This document shows positions 40,229-55,088 of a stretch of DNA of 64,000 nucleotides, one piece after another. The notes beneath the pieces are model-generated. The model made no database searches, was not told the origin of the DNA, and saw only the letters and a program-made list of their open reading frames with translations. Made by a program: the position numbers and the translations under genes. The stretch spans positions 310,001 through 374,000 of the forward strand of contig NC_090596.1 in assembly GCF_000497125.1 (NCBI RefSeq). The letters are read 5' to 3'. Within the stretch, counting starts at the first letter, position 1; the number at the start of each line of letters is the position of its first letter. Source of the stretch: Spironucleus salmonicida. Taxonomy: Eukaryota.

Positions 40229-43200
40229 ATGGACAGCTTAATTAACTTATTAAAAAAACTTGATACACCATTGGTTGAATTACAATAATATACAGAAATC
40301 ATGGATTTAGATTTTAGATAGGATAGAAATATATTATTTAAGTCACTGTAAATAAATAAAGCTAATCCTTCAACACGTGCCTAATTATCAAACCAACTAT
40401 AAAAATCAGTTTGCGGAAAACCTTTAAATAACTGCGTTGGAATTAAGTGTTAAACTTGTTCGAACGACCTGGCGTCTGTGATATGCCTGGAGTGTTTTGA
40501 TGAGACCAAACACGTGGGACACAAGTACACCTATCTCACCGCGAACGGCATGTGCGACTGCGGCTTCGCCTGTACCATCAAGCCGGAGGGGTTCTGCGAT
40601 AAGCACTGTGGGAACCACGTGATCAGGGACTTCCACGACGAGAAGCTGATATTTGATGAATAGATGTGCGTGAAGGTAATCTACACGCTGTGTTGCCTCA
40701 TAGCACACCACCTAGTCAGCGGGAACTCCGCCAGATATCAGGATGTCTGCAGCGTGCTGAAGACTATCCTGTACGAGTACCCCGTGGACTTCTTAAAGAG
40801 CATTTTCACGAAGTGCCTCTTCATCGACCCAGGCAAGTCGCGAATGCAGGACTTCCTGGACTTTGGCAACTTTGAGAACCACATTCTCCCTTACCACAAC
40901 TTTTACGAACTGCGCCAGACCGTCCACCAGACCGGATTCAAACACTATCCCCTCATCTGCATCATAAGCCAGTCCGAGGAGTTTATCCCAGGCCTCGGTG
41001 ATCAGGATATCGCACACCTGCTAGTAGAGTATCAAATATCCGAACCAAACTTCAGGTCCCTCATGATGTACGCATTCTACATGCGATACCAGGACCTTAT
41101 AGCATCTTGTTTCACTGATAGTATTTGTACTATAAAACAAACTAATGGAACTCTTATGAATATTTTTAATCAAAAAATTGAATTAGTAAGATATTAATAT
41201 AAAAATATAAAGTTTAAGAAGTAAATTTGGTGTAGTGCTCCAGTCTAACTTGATTCTAACATATAACTTGACAGCAGCCATTCAATAATGATTAATTTTT
41301 TAGAATAAAGTTCATATACATTAGCATAATATAACGGAATGCTATCATAAAAATCATAAGATTATGAAATTTCATTTTCGTTTTTGTAGAACTTTTTCAA
41401 TTCTGGTATATAAGAATTATTAGACTTATTTTTATTATCTGAAACATCACCTCCATAAAATTTAGTTAAAGAACTTTCAATTTTATTTAATAATCTTTTA
41501 CAGTTTCATAGGTAATTACCTAGTATGTCAAGTTATGATAAAGACTTAACAAATATTTTAATTAATATTGATTTTTAATCAAACATGAAGTACTCTCTTC
41601 AAACATTAGTATATTCTATGAAAAATACTTAATTTGATGGTCAATTATGCAGATATAAACTATCTATTTTACCTTTCTGCTTCTTTTTATCAAATAGAGC
41701 ATTTATAGAGACTATAAGAGTTAGAGATAAAAAAGTAATTTAAAGTGATGCTACAATAAAGAAAATTTTGGAATAATTATTTTATGGTGGTAAATAATAT
41801 TATGATTATACTTATGAAATTTTTACAAGTATTGTATATGGATTTAGAACTTCAACGTATAATTTTCAGTCAAGTATTTGCCGGGTCAATGACGACTTTG
41901 ACAGCGTCGACTTAACGAAGAACCGAGATTTCCAAAAGCAGATAGACAACGTTGTGTAGCTCTCAACGTACTTTCTGCTTGCATACTCTCTTAATTAGCG
42001 CTTCCAGTTCTGTTACTCGAATAACAATGTGTACCCACAGATTCCATACGGGTTCGGGCTCCACACCCAGATACCAATTTTAGAGACGGACATGATTTAG
42101 GTAGACCATGACGTACTGCACCCTCTCGATAACCAACTCGTGATAATGTTATCCTTCGGGCTTTAGGCATACTACCTGTACCAAAAACAGGGCATGTTTG
42201 AAAAGCCGCATTATGAATACCTTAAGGATGTTGTAGGTTCTATAGAGTATACACGCAGCCTCCCGCGGTACAATATGCCCGTCATTGCTGCGTGGGCCAT
42301 GCGGACCATTGTATCGGTGGGCCTCTTAGAGGGAGGATTCTTCAAATCGTTGATAGATATTGAAGAATATATAAAATGTATATTATTTTAGCATTCTAGG
42401 GTTTAGTATTATAACCCAATGTACCACCATTTTGTATTATTGTAATCAATTTTACTTGGATGTAAAAATGATTAGTATAATACTAACTAATTTATTCATT
42501 AAATGGGAGAAAACTATGGATTTATTAATCCTATTCAGAATTAATTTTTTGAATATCATAAATTAGAGGATAAAGATAAATTATTTATCCTAAAATAACA
42601 TTTCGTAAAGGCTTTATTATAAATTACATTTAAGGAATAAATGTTTTAGATTCATTCTGATATAAAAATAAAATATATTTTGGCATTTTTGCTTATTAAT
42701 GATGAAACTAAACCATCAAAAGTATATGGATAATTTAAATATAATGATTTTTATAATTCCGAAATATTTGAATCTTTATTACTAAAAATAGCAACCTTAT
42801 CTACATAGCAAGACAATCTTAGTCAATTTTACAAATCTTCTAATAATTCAGTATACTGGGAGATTAATTAGAATGGTTTAGCTAAATTATCAATTTTTGA
42901 CTCGTTCTGCGCTAACATTCCATAGTTCCTGAGCACCTTTAAGACCCAGGCTCTGAAGTATAAAGTCCCAATACTTCCAGCAGACACCTTTGATGCGCCG
43001 TTTGATCGAGAACTTGCCGATCAGATATTCACGAACTAACATGTATACGATGTTATATTCTTCTTGGTTAAGACTGGCTTTGTCGATGGAACCTTCAAAT
43101 CATCCAACGTTATCAACGATATTTATGTGCTTCTTGGATTCAAACAGCTGATTATCCACAACGCTGACGACTTAGAGCTGAAAAAGCTGTTCAACCTAAT

Positions 43201-44737
43201 CCCCAAAGACCAGAGCCTCTACCAAGACTAGGTGTGGATAGTACTCCAAAACCTTATGGACTACCAACACCAAGAAAAGAAAAGTGTAAACAAAATTTCA
43301 CTCTAGGCAAAGCTGGCCCAGCTTAAAAGTAAGGTAGCTCCCACATATGATCTTATTTAGGAAATAAAAGACAACGCATATGATAATACATAATTTAAAG
43401 CTTAAGATTAATTATTTATTAAATAATTACATATTATCAATGAATTTCAACCAAACTGTCAAGTCTGCTAAGATATATGTACAGATGATTCAACCTTATG
43501 TATTTTGGGCACATGTACTCCAACTTTAATTGATAATAAGCCAGGGGCAATAGGTCAAACATGCACTCATGCATTTCATTTTGATTGCATTAGAAAAGAA
43601 GTATTTGCTGTAAAATGTCCGATTTGTAGATGTCTTTCCACAACTTTGTTTCCAATAGCTTTCTCATAAGATACTTAAGAATGTTTAAATGTTATAGATC
43701 ATCTTATTTAATCAATTTCCTTTGCAATTTCATAAAAATATACAGATTTTAGTACTTCACCAACCCAGTTATTATCTTTCAGTCATATTACCGATAATTC
43801 CTTTTCGTCTTAAGATATAGAGGAGTCTTTAATCCTCATTAATTTACTTCTCATGACTGCATACTAATAATTACGAGCTATTATTTCTAGAATTAATGCA
43901 GATGATATTGAAAACGAAGTTTACAAAAGGAAATAATATTAAATTGTCCTATTAACCTCGCATTCATGTATTATTTCGGCTCAAAAAATATATGAATTTA
44001 TCTCAAAGTTTAACGTCCCAGTCATTACTGAATAATATGATATTTTATCTTTGAATCTATTTAATTGTTTAATACTTAATAACAAAACATAGAATCCAAT
44101 TATTTAGCAATTACAAAGATTCTATAATGACCCTTTAAACGCTCTTTCGATCATAGAATTTGAAACAGCATCCGCGTACCTCTTAAACCAGTAGTCATAT
44201 AGATTCCTTGTTTAAAACCTCACTTTTCAAATTTACTTAGCAAAGTTAAAATTTTCACTCCTTTTTTCACTTTTGCAAAATTCTGAAATTCCATAAATCG
44301 ACATTACACAATTTGATCTAAAGATTTATAATTTTCCTGACCATTTCGCGCAGCTATTAAAGCACCCACCAAAATGCAAATGTGGCAAATCCTGCACTTG
44401 CTTCTGTATTTGGTGTGGTACCGGATTCTGTGCAACTGATTTTGACGATTTCTCACATATTTGCTAATACCAGCAAGCATACTATTTCTACAAGCAGAAT
44501 ATTCTTGTTTTCACTGAATTTTACAACTCGGTGTATTTTTCAGGAGGGCCTTATCTGGATGATAATGGTGAGGACGACATCGAGCGCTAGAAGAACATTC
44601 CACTGTACTTAAGCCAGAAGCTTATTGGGTCTCTTAAAACGCACTTTCTATACTGCAACTCGCGGCAAATGAACGCAGAAACTGGCCTTCCGCTAAGTAG
44701 ATTCAGCGATTTGATGGTCAAATGGGGAAAAGAGTGA
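40229..44737 (+). CDS. UBR-box/RING-H2 E3 ubiquitin ligase (UBR1-type N-recognin), copy B, ~1502 aa
   Basis: Same UBR box as copy A; RING CQVC..CTHAFHFDC..CPICR; ends GAG-TGA. Confidence 0.88.
40442..41113. repeat. Inverted tract 1, partner 21102..21773
   Basis: See partner tract. Confidence 0.93.
41852..42342. repeat. Inverted tract 2, partner 19891..20381
   Basis: See partner tract. Confidence 0.92.
42887..43350. repeat. Inverted tract 3, partner 18883..19346
   Basis: See partner tract. Confidence 0.92.
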
Positions 44738-44742
44738 GTGCA

Positions 44743-46404
44743 TCACCAATGGTATTGAAGAAGGTCCTGTGCCTTCATCGCGCAATCAATTTTATCGCGA
44801 GCATATCTTTGCGAAAAATGAGTCAAAATTGGTGTTCCATTAGCTCTCAATATTACCTCTAAGGCCCCAGAAATCGTACTGTGGTTCCTTTGAACCGCTT
44901 CGTTCAGTTGGCAGTCTTAGAATGTTGCCTCGTGCAGTACAGTTAGGTTTGAAGTAGGGCGAATTTCTTGGGGTATACAATCTCCAGAGAAATAAAAACT
45001 GTGATCATTGCAGTTAATTTAAACTGCTTGAGAGTAGTGAGAGTGTGTTACTGGAATTAACTCTATGTTTTGAGGTACTTAAGCATTTGTAAGCTTTACA
45101 GCTAAAATGGATTCAATATAGGCGAAAACTATCGGGTTAGCAATGATCTAAGGGTACTTATTATAAATATTAAAGTATAGCTGAATTATTGACGTAACTC
45201 CAAGAAAATGATCAGCATGTTCATGGGTTATGATAATTATTAAGTCTTGTGTAAAAAGTTAGTAAAGATTTTTATTATATATTCGTGCATAAAAAATCAT
45301 TTATTAAAGGGTGCTTTCACCGGCATCTAATAGATATTTATCGCTCACAAATACTGATGTCACGTTATTATACTTATTTGGTACGGAAGCACCAGTGCCT
45401 AAGGTAACAAAAGTGTTTGGGTTATTTGTATTTGGCTCCTATTTATCTATTTATATAAATTATTTATCTTCAATAACTTAGTTTATTAATTGTTTATTTT
45501 CCTGGCATTATAATAAAGATGTTTCTGAGAAATGAGGGAATAAAATAGAGAAAATCCCTTAGCAATCTGAAATTTCATTCAAATCATATAAGGTTTAATT
45601 ATTTTAAAAATAATAATAGTGTGAAAAATCTGAAATAGGATAATATTTGGGGTATAAATTTTGATATGTTAAATATTCTTTCGAGTTTTAGATACCTAAA
45701 GAAACTGGAGTATAAATATAGTTTAAATACTTTTCGTCTAAATAAGGTTGTATTTATTACTATATTAAAGTTGAATCTAATTGCATAATTTTTGGAATTA
45801 CAATAATTGTTCCAACTCCTAGTAATTCCTATAAAACATCTTACGTATTTATAGTAATACCATCTTTAACTGTTTACTATGTCATAATCAATTATTTTAA
45901 TTATAATTTATTTAATTATAATAACGCTAGCTTTTATTTGTCAAGCTTCTCTAGCTCTACATTAAATTTAATTATTGTAATAAATGATTCAAAATATGGA
46001 AGCAATATAATTTAATTGAACTTTTAATCAATACTAATTACATGATTAACATATTGAACTTTACCATCATAAATTAGATCATAAGCACACGAATTAATAT
46101 TTTAAACAATAGGTTACTCAACACTCAGAATATCCATATTTTAAGGTTTATTTCCATTTCCCGCAAATGCAGTCATGATAAGTCCTAACAAACCTTCAAC
46201 TGCTTTTGGTTAAGATGAATTAATTATAATATGTCTAATTAAACCACATTTTTTATTATATGCATTTATGAACCGCTGAGATCCAGGAGGAGTATTTATT
46301 AGTATTTGCTAGTTATGAATTGTAACTAGTAAGGAAAACTCGGAATCCATCGTCCCAGATGATATAACAGTAGTTTCTACTTTGCAATTAGTTTTTACTT
46401 TCAT
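44743..46404 (-). CDS. TRZ1: tRNase Z, long form (ELAC2/Trz1-like)
   Basis: TLGTGASVPNKYNNVT, LLDAGEST, ITHEHADHFLG, FSGDC, LHEATF, HST, LTHFSQRY; N-terminal half has INTPPGSQR. Alternative ATG at 46458. Confidence 0.9.
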
Positions 46405-46821
46405 TATAAGGAGCGAAAAAGAATACAAAATTAAATATTAAAATTTAACTATTAACATATGGTTGTAATAGAACAAAGGTTTTAATTCCTAATGATCTGT
46501 ATATCAACTAAAGCGCATACTCACTTACTTTTAATTACTCATGACCTAGTAATTTAAAGGTAGGCCAAATTCCATTAAATAATCTTCTTTAACATATATT
46601 ATTAAATTATTTGTATTTAAATAACAACCCTATAAAAAAATTACTTTAAAATAATTGTAAATATATAGAATAAGTCTCTTAGTTTTACTTTTAAAATATT
46701 TTATATCTTTATCCATATATTTTTATAAAAGTGAACTATCCTAAAAATCATGTGAAAAAACTTTTTGGTGAATTTTATTTATAACTTAAATCAACATATT
46801 ATAGCAGAACTTTGACATAAA

Positions 46822-47031
46822 ATGTCAGGATAATAATTAAGGAGGAATCAGTCCTCACTTATCATGATTTCGGCAGGAGGATATGATACTGCAGATAAAT
46901 TATAATTAAAACGAAAAGAATAATCATCACTAATATAGGCTACATCCGAAGCAATTCTAACAAAATTTAAACAAAATTATTCGGATAGTGATGAATCTGA
47001 AGAAATTTATGAAAAAATAATATTCAATTGA
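46822..47031 (+). CDS. Small hypothetical protein, 69 aa
   Basis: ATG..TGA open under TAR=Gln; acidic SDSDESEE tail. Confidence 0.5.
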
Positions 47032-47048
47032 GTAATTTTGTCACTATA

Positions 47049-47666
47049 TCACTTTTTTTCTCTTTCACCAAAGATTTAGCTGCCAATTCTAACAAAATTA
47101 CTTTCATATTTAATAGCTATCTCCCAATCATCGCTCATACCCATTGATAATTTTCCAGTTGGTAAAAATTAATCTCTAAGCGTTCTCATTAATTTAAATT
47201 CTATTTCACCATTTCCAGGTTCTCCTATACACATTAATCCAATTATTTTTATATTGCATGATTAAATTTTTTATATACTTTGTTATAAATCATTTATTTT
47301 AAATCCACTCTTGCTTTCTTCATTTGATATATTAACTTGTAAAAATATATTGACGCCTTCTATTGTTGATAGTTTTTGAGCAAGTGATACACTATCTACA
47401 GTATGAACAGTAAGATTTTTGATATGCTTAATCTGAGAAATTTTATTTGATTATAAGTGTCCAATGAAATGCCAATTAGCATCTGGATAAATAGTGGCTT
47501 TTAGTACTAACTCTGAAACATAATTTTCCCCAAAATGATTCTAGCCAACTTCTTTAGCAAATCCAATATATTTAGAAGGTTTTGTTTTTGATACAGCTAT
47601 TAACGTAGTTTATGGAGGTAATTTTTTAGTAATCGATTTTATTTCCTATTAAATTTATTCTTACAT
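47049..47666 (-). CDS. PLPBP: Pyridoxal phosphate homeostasis protein (YggS/PROSC)
   Basis: LIAVSKTKP, FGENY, WHFIGHLQSNK, GLMCIG, LSMGMSDD, VRIGSQIFG. Confidence 0.95.
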
Positions 47667-48286
47667 TTATGGAAAGAAGTAATAAAATATTATTATATTT
47701 TATACTTGTAAACCGAGATTTCAGATGATTTGCGCATATTTAATAATAATTAATTATCATTAATATTTTTATAAATAAATTAAACAAACGCATAAGTAAC
47801 TATATCACATATATTATATGGTCCTAGTACCTACACAATAATATACTATATTTGGTAGGAATTGTATGTAATTCTTATAATAAATTAAAAATATTTTTTA
47901 CTTGAAAAATTGTTTACAACTTTATAATTCAAATTAATAGTATTTGTAATCTATCTAGTTCTAATTTTCATTCAATAAAATATTAGTCTAAATTTAATAG
48001 CTAGCAGAATTTTAGAATTTTAACATTATTAAACTCCACTTATTTACTTATATATATTTGCAAAACGCGCTTCAGATTATTACTAATAATTTGTATGATA
48101 TACATATTGCTTATATTATTTACAATAAATATTAATAAGTTAATTTATTGTTATATAAAAGAAAAGCTTGAATTTATAACCATCTTTAGGTATTTATTAT
48201 ATATATATATATTATAATATTAGAACTGATTTTAATATATATATTCTATTATTTTGAATAAATGTAATAAGATACAATATTAAATA

Positions 48287-49264
48287 TCAAATCATTCTAG
48301 CTAATTTTAGCAATAAATATTCTTATTCTGATATAGTTAATATAGAATTTTATTTTACATCAACCTTATTTTCTCTTGATATTCTATCCAGTCTTCTTTA
48401 CTTATGAATTTCATCTTTGTCTTATGAATAATGTGATGATATGGAGATAAATTTGGTATTAAATAAACCTGCTATAAGTTAAATTTCTGGCAACAGCTGA
48501 AAGCAGGGTATCCGAATGATAATGGTATTTGGTAACTCTTCAATTTAATTATGTTCAGCATCTAGAAGTGGAAGTAAAAATAATCGAAATAATGAGCTAT
48601 TTATACTAGTATGAGCTAATTGTGACATAAAATGGATAGTATTTAATAATGTATTTTTAATTGGGAATGGTTCATAAATAAATTTATTTGCAAAAATGTA
48701 TCCTGTATACGTTGGCAACTTGCAATTTGGTGTCTGATAAGACTTAGATACCCAATTTAAAAAATAATGAAGATCAAATCCCTATGGCATGAAAACTTAT
48801 ACTTAACTTTTAGGTAACTTTTTTAATAAATAAATCCCTAGTTGCCGTTATTATGTAAATTAAGGTGTTTTCTTTAATACATAAGATGGATCTAAGTATA
48901 AACGTTAAATTTTATAAGTTTATGTAGCGGAAATCAGATGATCTTTATATTTTTCGAATAAAATTCCGCCAGGCAAATAAATAATTGCATTTTTTTTCTA
49001 ATTAGAGATGATAATTGGTTTTATTTATAACTAATCTGCAGAATTAGACAAAACTTAGATTCTAAACGTTTATTCGCCAATATTGCAAAGATGAAATTTG
49101 TCTATATGCTAACTTTTCTTATTCAATGAATTATAAACAGAATAAAATTTATTTGTAATTTCATTCTGCTCAATTGGAGAATAAATACTTGTAGATATAT
49201 AAATTTATCCAATAGAGGATATTTCATCCATAACAATAATAACTCCTTCAAATATATATTTCAT
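48287..49264 (-). CDS. Hypothetical protein, 325 aa
   Basis: ATG and TGA in frame; divergent from the kinase gene across 53 bp. Confidence 0.6.
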
Positions 49265-49317
49265 TTACTATAAATTACAATTAGTATATACTATTGTATA
49301 ATATCCCTTAAGTAAAA

Positions 49318-50235
49318 ATGTACCGATACAAGATAAAAGAATAAATCGCCTCAGGATCATATGGTTTGGTGTATTCTGCGCTAAACCTAGATAATAATAG
49401 ACAAGTGGCCATTAAAATAATGGAAAATACATACTAAAACTGGGAGCAAGCGCTAAATGAGCCGGATATAAAAATTCTAACAAATCTCCCAAAGCACCCC
49501 AATCTCATAACTCTACTAGATAAGTTCTACTATGAACAAAAACTATACCTCGTATTCGACCTGTTTTCCACTTCTCTGCTCACATTCATACAGGCAAATA
49601 AACTAAATTTTTATTAGCACAGAAACATCGCTTTTAAGCTTCTGCAAGGTCTATCGCATCTACACGCGAATTCTCTCATGCACCGCGATCTAAAACCCGA
49701 AAATATTCTCGTTAAATGCCCAAATGCTGAAAGTCCCTTAAAAGACGCATTTCTAGCGACTGCAAAAGTTGCGATTTGCGATTTTGGGCTCACAAAAAAT
49801 TAGCGTCAGAAGCCGCACACGGATTACATCTCCACACGCTGGTATAGGGCCCCAGAGTAGCTTTTAGGTTTCTCAGAATACGACACAAAAATTGACGTCT
49901 TCGCAGCGGGTTGTGTTTTGGCTGAAATGTGCAGTCAAAAAGCACTGTTTTAAGGTGTCAAACAAGTGGATCAGATTATCAAAATATGCGAAATTTTAGG
50001 CGTCCCTGAACCAATTGGGAGCCCAAAATTGAAGGCTATTTGCGACCGTTTAGGTAGTTTGGGACTAGTAAAATTCGAGAGGTTCACGCGCAGCTACGCG
50101 AGTTAGAATATCATGTTGATGGTTGGATGTAATGAGAAACTGGGAGATTTGCTGTGTGGGATGTTAAGGTGGGATCCAATTGAGCGTTTCAGTGTAGTAT
50201 AGTGTTTACAGCACTCGTATTTTTAAGTTGATTGA
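49318..50235 (+). CDS. CMGC kinase, RCK (MAK/ICK/MOK) family
   Basis: ASGSYG, VAIK, HRDLKPENIL, DFG, HTDYISTRWYRAPE (TDY activation motif). Confidence 0.9.
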
Positions 50236-50293
50236 AAATTAGATATATTATATAATAATCATATATAATTCATTCCGAATTCCTTTCCCAAAA

Positions 50294-51367
<1,074 letters not shown>

Positions 51368-51421
51368 GTTTATTTGTCATTTTATATTTACTATTATAGA
51401 TATATTATTTAATTCATATTA

Positions 51422-52285
51422 ATGCCAAGTGAAGATAAAGGATCACATGAATTAAGAAATGACAGAAATTCATAAAAATAAAGAAGAAAACGTCATAAGA
51501 AACATTAATATAAGCATAATACATCTGACCAGGATAATCCACATAAAATAATTGTATCTGGAGATTATGATGATTAATAGATATAAGATTAGTAGGAAAC
51601 TACACATTTTACTTCACATATACACGATAAATAAAAATAATAAGATTATAATGACTATTTTAATGAATATTAAGATTAATAGCATGGTAATGCAGAAGAG
51701 GATGACATAGAGAATATTTTATAAACAGTCGAGCATTTTAGTTATTAGAACGCTGATTAGATGTATAAAGAAATGAACTAGTGTGTTGATGCAAATAGAA
51801 ATACATAAAAGAAACATTATAGCGGAGATAATACTAAAGACTTATATCGTTGTAAACAAGAAATATTTCAGGAAAATCATAAGGATTAATACAATAGACA
51901 TTCTAATAAATTTATTGGTTAGAATCATGTAAAGGAGTTCACTATTTATTTGAAGATTACAGAAGATATCTAATATAAAGTAATTTCTTTGTTACGTATT
52001 GTTGAAACAATAAAATTAGATAAAAATGTTCTGATATTGAAAATATCATCACTCGATTAGATATAAAAACTTGGATTAGAGTTCTCTGGTTATGAATTTT
52101 TTATTCCATAATAACATGGAATAATTTTTACTAACTTAAAGAAATAAGTTTTAGATTAAGTTATTACCTATTAAAATTATAATTTATTGACTTTAAAAGA
52201 TAAAATATGTATTTTTACGTATTCACCATAATAAATTCAGGAAGTTATTCATTCTTATGAAATGTAATAATTTTTATAATAATGA
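51422..52285 (+). CDS. Hypothetical protein, 287 aa (charged low-complexity N-terminus)
   Basis: ATG and TGA in frame under TAR=Gln. Confidence 0.6.
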
Positions 52286-52295
52286 AAAATTCTTT

Positions 52296-52964
52296 TCACT
52301 TTTATGTTTATTCATCCCAATAACGTTTCACACCGTCCATAACTTTATTAAACATAGTAGTTGATATATAATCTTCTGGAGCTTCATCTTTAATAGAAAA
52401 TTATTCACCAGAAACCCATTAATTGATTTAGATTGTGATTTAAGATTCTTGTTTCAACTACTCCGGTTCTTTTTTTTCATAATCAATAGCAAGGCCTGTG
52501 CAAGTTCTTACTCGCATTCCATTGAGGGTTTTAACAGTTGTCAACTCAAGAAGAGTTTATTAAAACCCCTTTTACTCTAATATAGGATTATTCCTCAAAT
52601 CAACTATGTTTAAGTTTCTTGCATCTGACAAAAATGAAATCTCACCTAGGTCTCGAATTTAATTATTTTAAAGATATACTATTTCCAGACCTTTAAAAAA
52701 ATAAGTTCCATGCTCATCTTAATGGTTAAATGGTTTCAAAGAATTAATTTAATTGAATCCCAAATGGAGTATTTTTAGCTCAGGCATGAACCTTATAAAT
52801 TCAAAATCAGTAATATTATTATTCTATAAATTTAGGAAAAATACTCTAATGAACTCATTAAGATTAGATGTGTTTGATATATTTTTATTAGGCAGTGCTA
52901 ATCTCGTTACAGATTCTGGGTTTATTTCACCTGTGATCTTAAGAATTTCAGATGTTGGTAGCAT
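52296..52964 (-). CDS. Leucine-rich repeat protein (LRRC61-like)
   Basis: LKITGEINPESVTRLALPNKNIS..LNLQNNNITDF..LHLGFNQINSL..LRNNPI. Confidence 0.75.
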
Positions 52965-53003
52965 TTTAATATATTATTTTAATATATACTATATAAAATA
53001 ATA

Positions 53004-54473
53004 TCATTTGTATAAATTTTCCAAAGCGAAAAACTGAGTGATCCCTATTTACTTACCGCAAATTCTTTTCCTTAGCATCATGCCTTTTTTATATTTCATA
53101 TCATTAATTTTTTGCTCGTATTTTTCATCTTCTGCAAATAATTTTCCTGCATCTGTAGTATTGCCATCAAATTGGATTTTTTCAGTACTCCATCTCCAAC
53201 TAGCACTAGTACAAAAATTTTCAATCTCACCATCAAAATCAATTTCACAATGTCCTAAAAATGGCTCTTTTTTAGAATCAATATTACAGGCCAAACTTCC
53301 TCGTGAACACCAAGATCTATTATTGATTGCTAGTTTACTGATACCCTCACTTTCGAATCCATCTAAGCAATAATCAACATTAGTAAGAGTAGAGTTATAA
53401 AATCGCAGCAATTCATCTAGTTCTTATTTGCTAGGTTCTTGTGAAAAAACAACCTAAGCATCTATATAAATTTTCGAACGTTCTATTGCTTCTAAAACAG
53501 TGATATTTTCTGGTAAAATCTATGTTGAAATTTATGGTTTAACAGACGTTCTTGATTTATTTAGTTATTAGTTATATGCTAAATTTGTAGATTTATATGA
53601 GTTTGATTTAGTTTATTTAATTGGATTTTGCCCTATTTAGTACAAGGTTCTATTATTTTAGTTAGTTACTGCTATCTGATTAACGTTAAATGCACCAGAA
53701 AAATCAAATTTGTGTTCTGTTGAAAGTTCTCCTAATTAATTTGTTAATAAACCATTAACATATGAAAACCGTTTCTAAGCTATTCTAAGAGGTGAAAAAC
53801 ACGCCCATGTTTCTCTAACCGTTTATTATCTTTCTAATTCATCAGTAGTCTTTTAGTCGAAATTAACTATAGTTCTATTATAAAATAAAATTGTTTAAAT
53901 TGCCTTGCTAAATTATTCGCTCCCTACTTAACTCTCTTCTACATTAAAATTCATTTTTCTTGAGGCTTGAATCTCACAATAAATTAAAAATGTATTCATA
54001 CATATTATTGGGTCTAGCTTGCGGTGTTTCAAACGGTCTGCTACTACGATAAAATTAAAACCACATATAGATGCTAGATCAACAACTTCTACCATTTATT
54101 CATAAGTTATTCGAGGATTTTGTTTTTATGAAACGCAAATATATTCATAGTAATGATCTTCATCCAAAAGAGGGAAAACTGGGGGTTATAATAAGGAAAT
54201 TGTTTATTAAAATTTCTACTTTAGTTCATCTGGAGAGTCTGTTGTTGGCGTATATATCTATAATATCTACTCACAATCTGCAAATGGGGCGTCAGCTTTA
54301 ATTGAAATAACGTGTGATTCAACAAATGATGGAGCCGGCTTTTAGATAGATGGATCCGAAAGAAGAGGATGTTAAGGCAATTTTTAAAGTTATTATTACT
54401 TTTTAATAGGCTTACTTTAAATAGTTGTGGTAGAGTCCGCTAGTTCCAGTATTTTTCTTATTTCAGACTACAT
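53004..54473 (-). CDS. Hypothetical protein, ~489 aa (start uncertain; upstream in-frame ATG at 54581)
   Basis: Extends ORF 53049..53411 through TAR codons. Confidence 0.65.
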
Positions 54474-55088
54474 GACTGGAGTGGGAAAATTAATTTTATC
54501 AATATTTACTGTATAATATTATTGAATTTTTACTAGCAAAATTAACTGGACATATCTTTTAAACTAAAAAACTTATATCATAATTAGCACTAAATCACTT
54601 ATAAAATTAATCAGAGAAACTTTTTACGATTGTAATGAAACTATAAATCCAGAATAATTTTCGATAAATACAGTACATTTTATATTCATCACATACTTAA
54701 AATTGGGGTACGTTACAATTGAGTTCCGAAATTAATAACTACAGCCCAATTGCTAAATAGCATAATTTTTTTTAAAGCATATGAGATTTTGTCCGCATGA
54801 ATTATTGAAAAATAACAAAAACTTAAAGAATCGATTATAATATTAGTAATAGCTAAATTGAATATTGATTAGCGATCATCTTTTTAGACTTAAAAGACAA
54901 TATGATGATATACGTAAGCAAACCTAATTGTTAAAACTAACATGATATCAGAGGTCCTGAAACTCTTATAGATATATCATCCACATCATCATTTTCCTAT
55001 GCCGATAGTGACTAATCGTGATATTCAAATGAGTCTGGTACTTAAAAAAGATCCATCTAATTTTAAATGCATAATATGACATAATACA

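Noticed and set aside
54474-55088. Fusion of 53004..54473 and 55089..57167 into one gene
   Set aside because: They share a frame, but in-frame TGA codons at 55089 (AGTGA-fused) and 54876 separate them.
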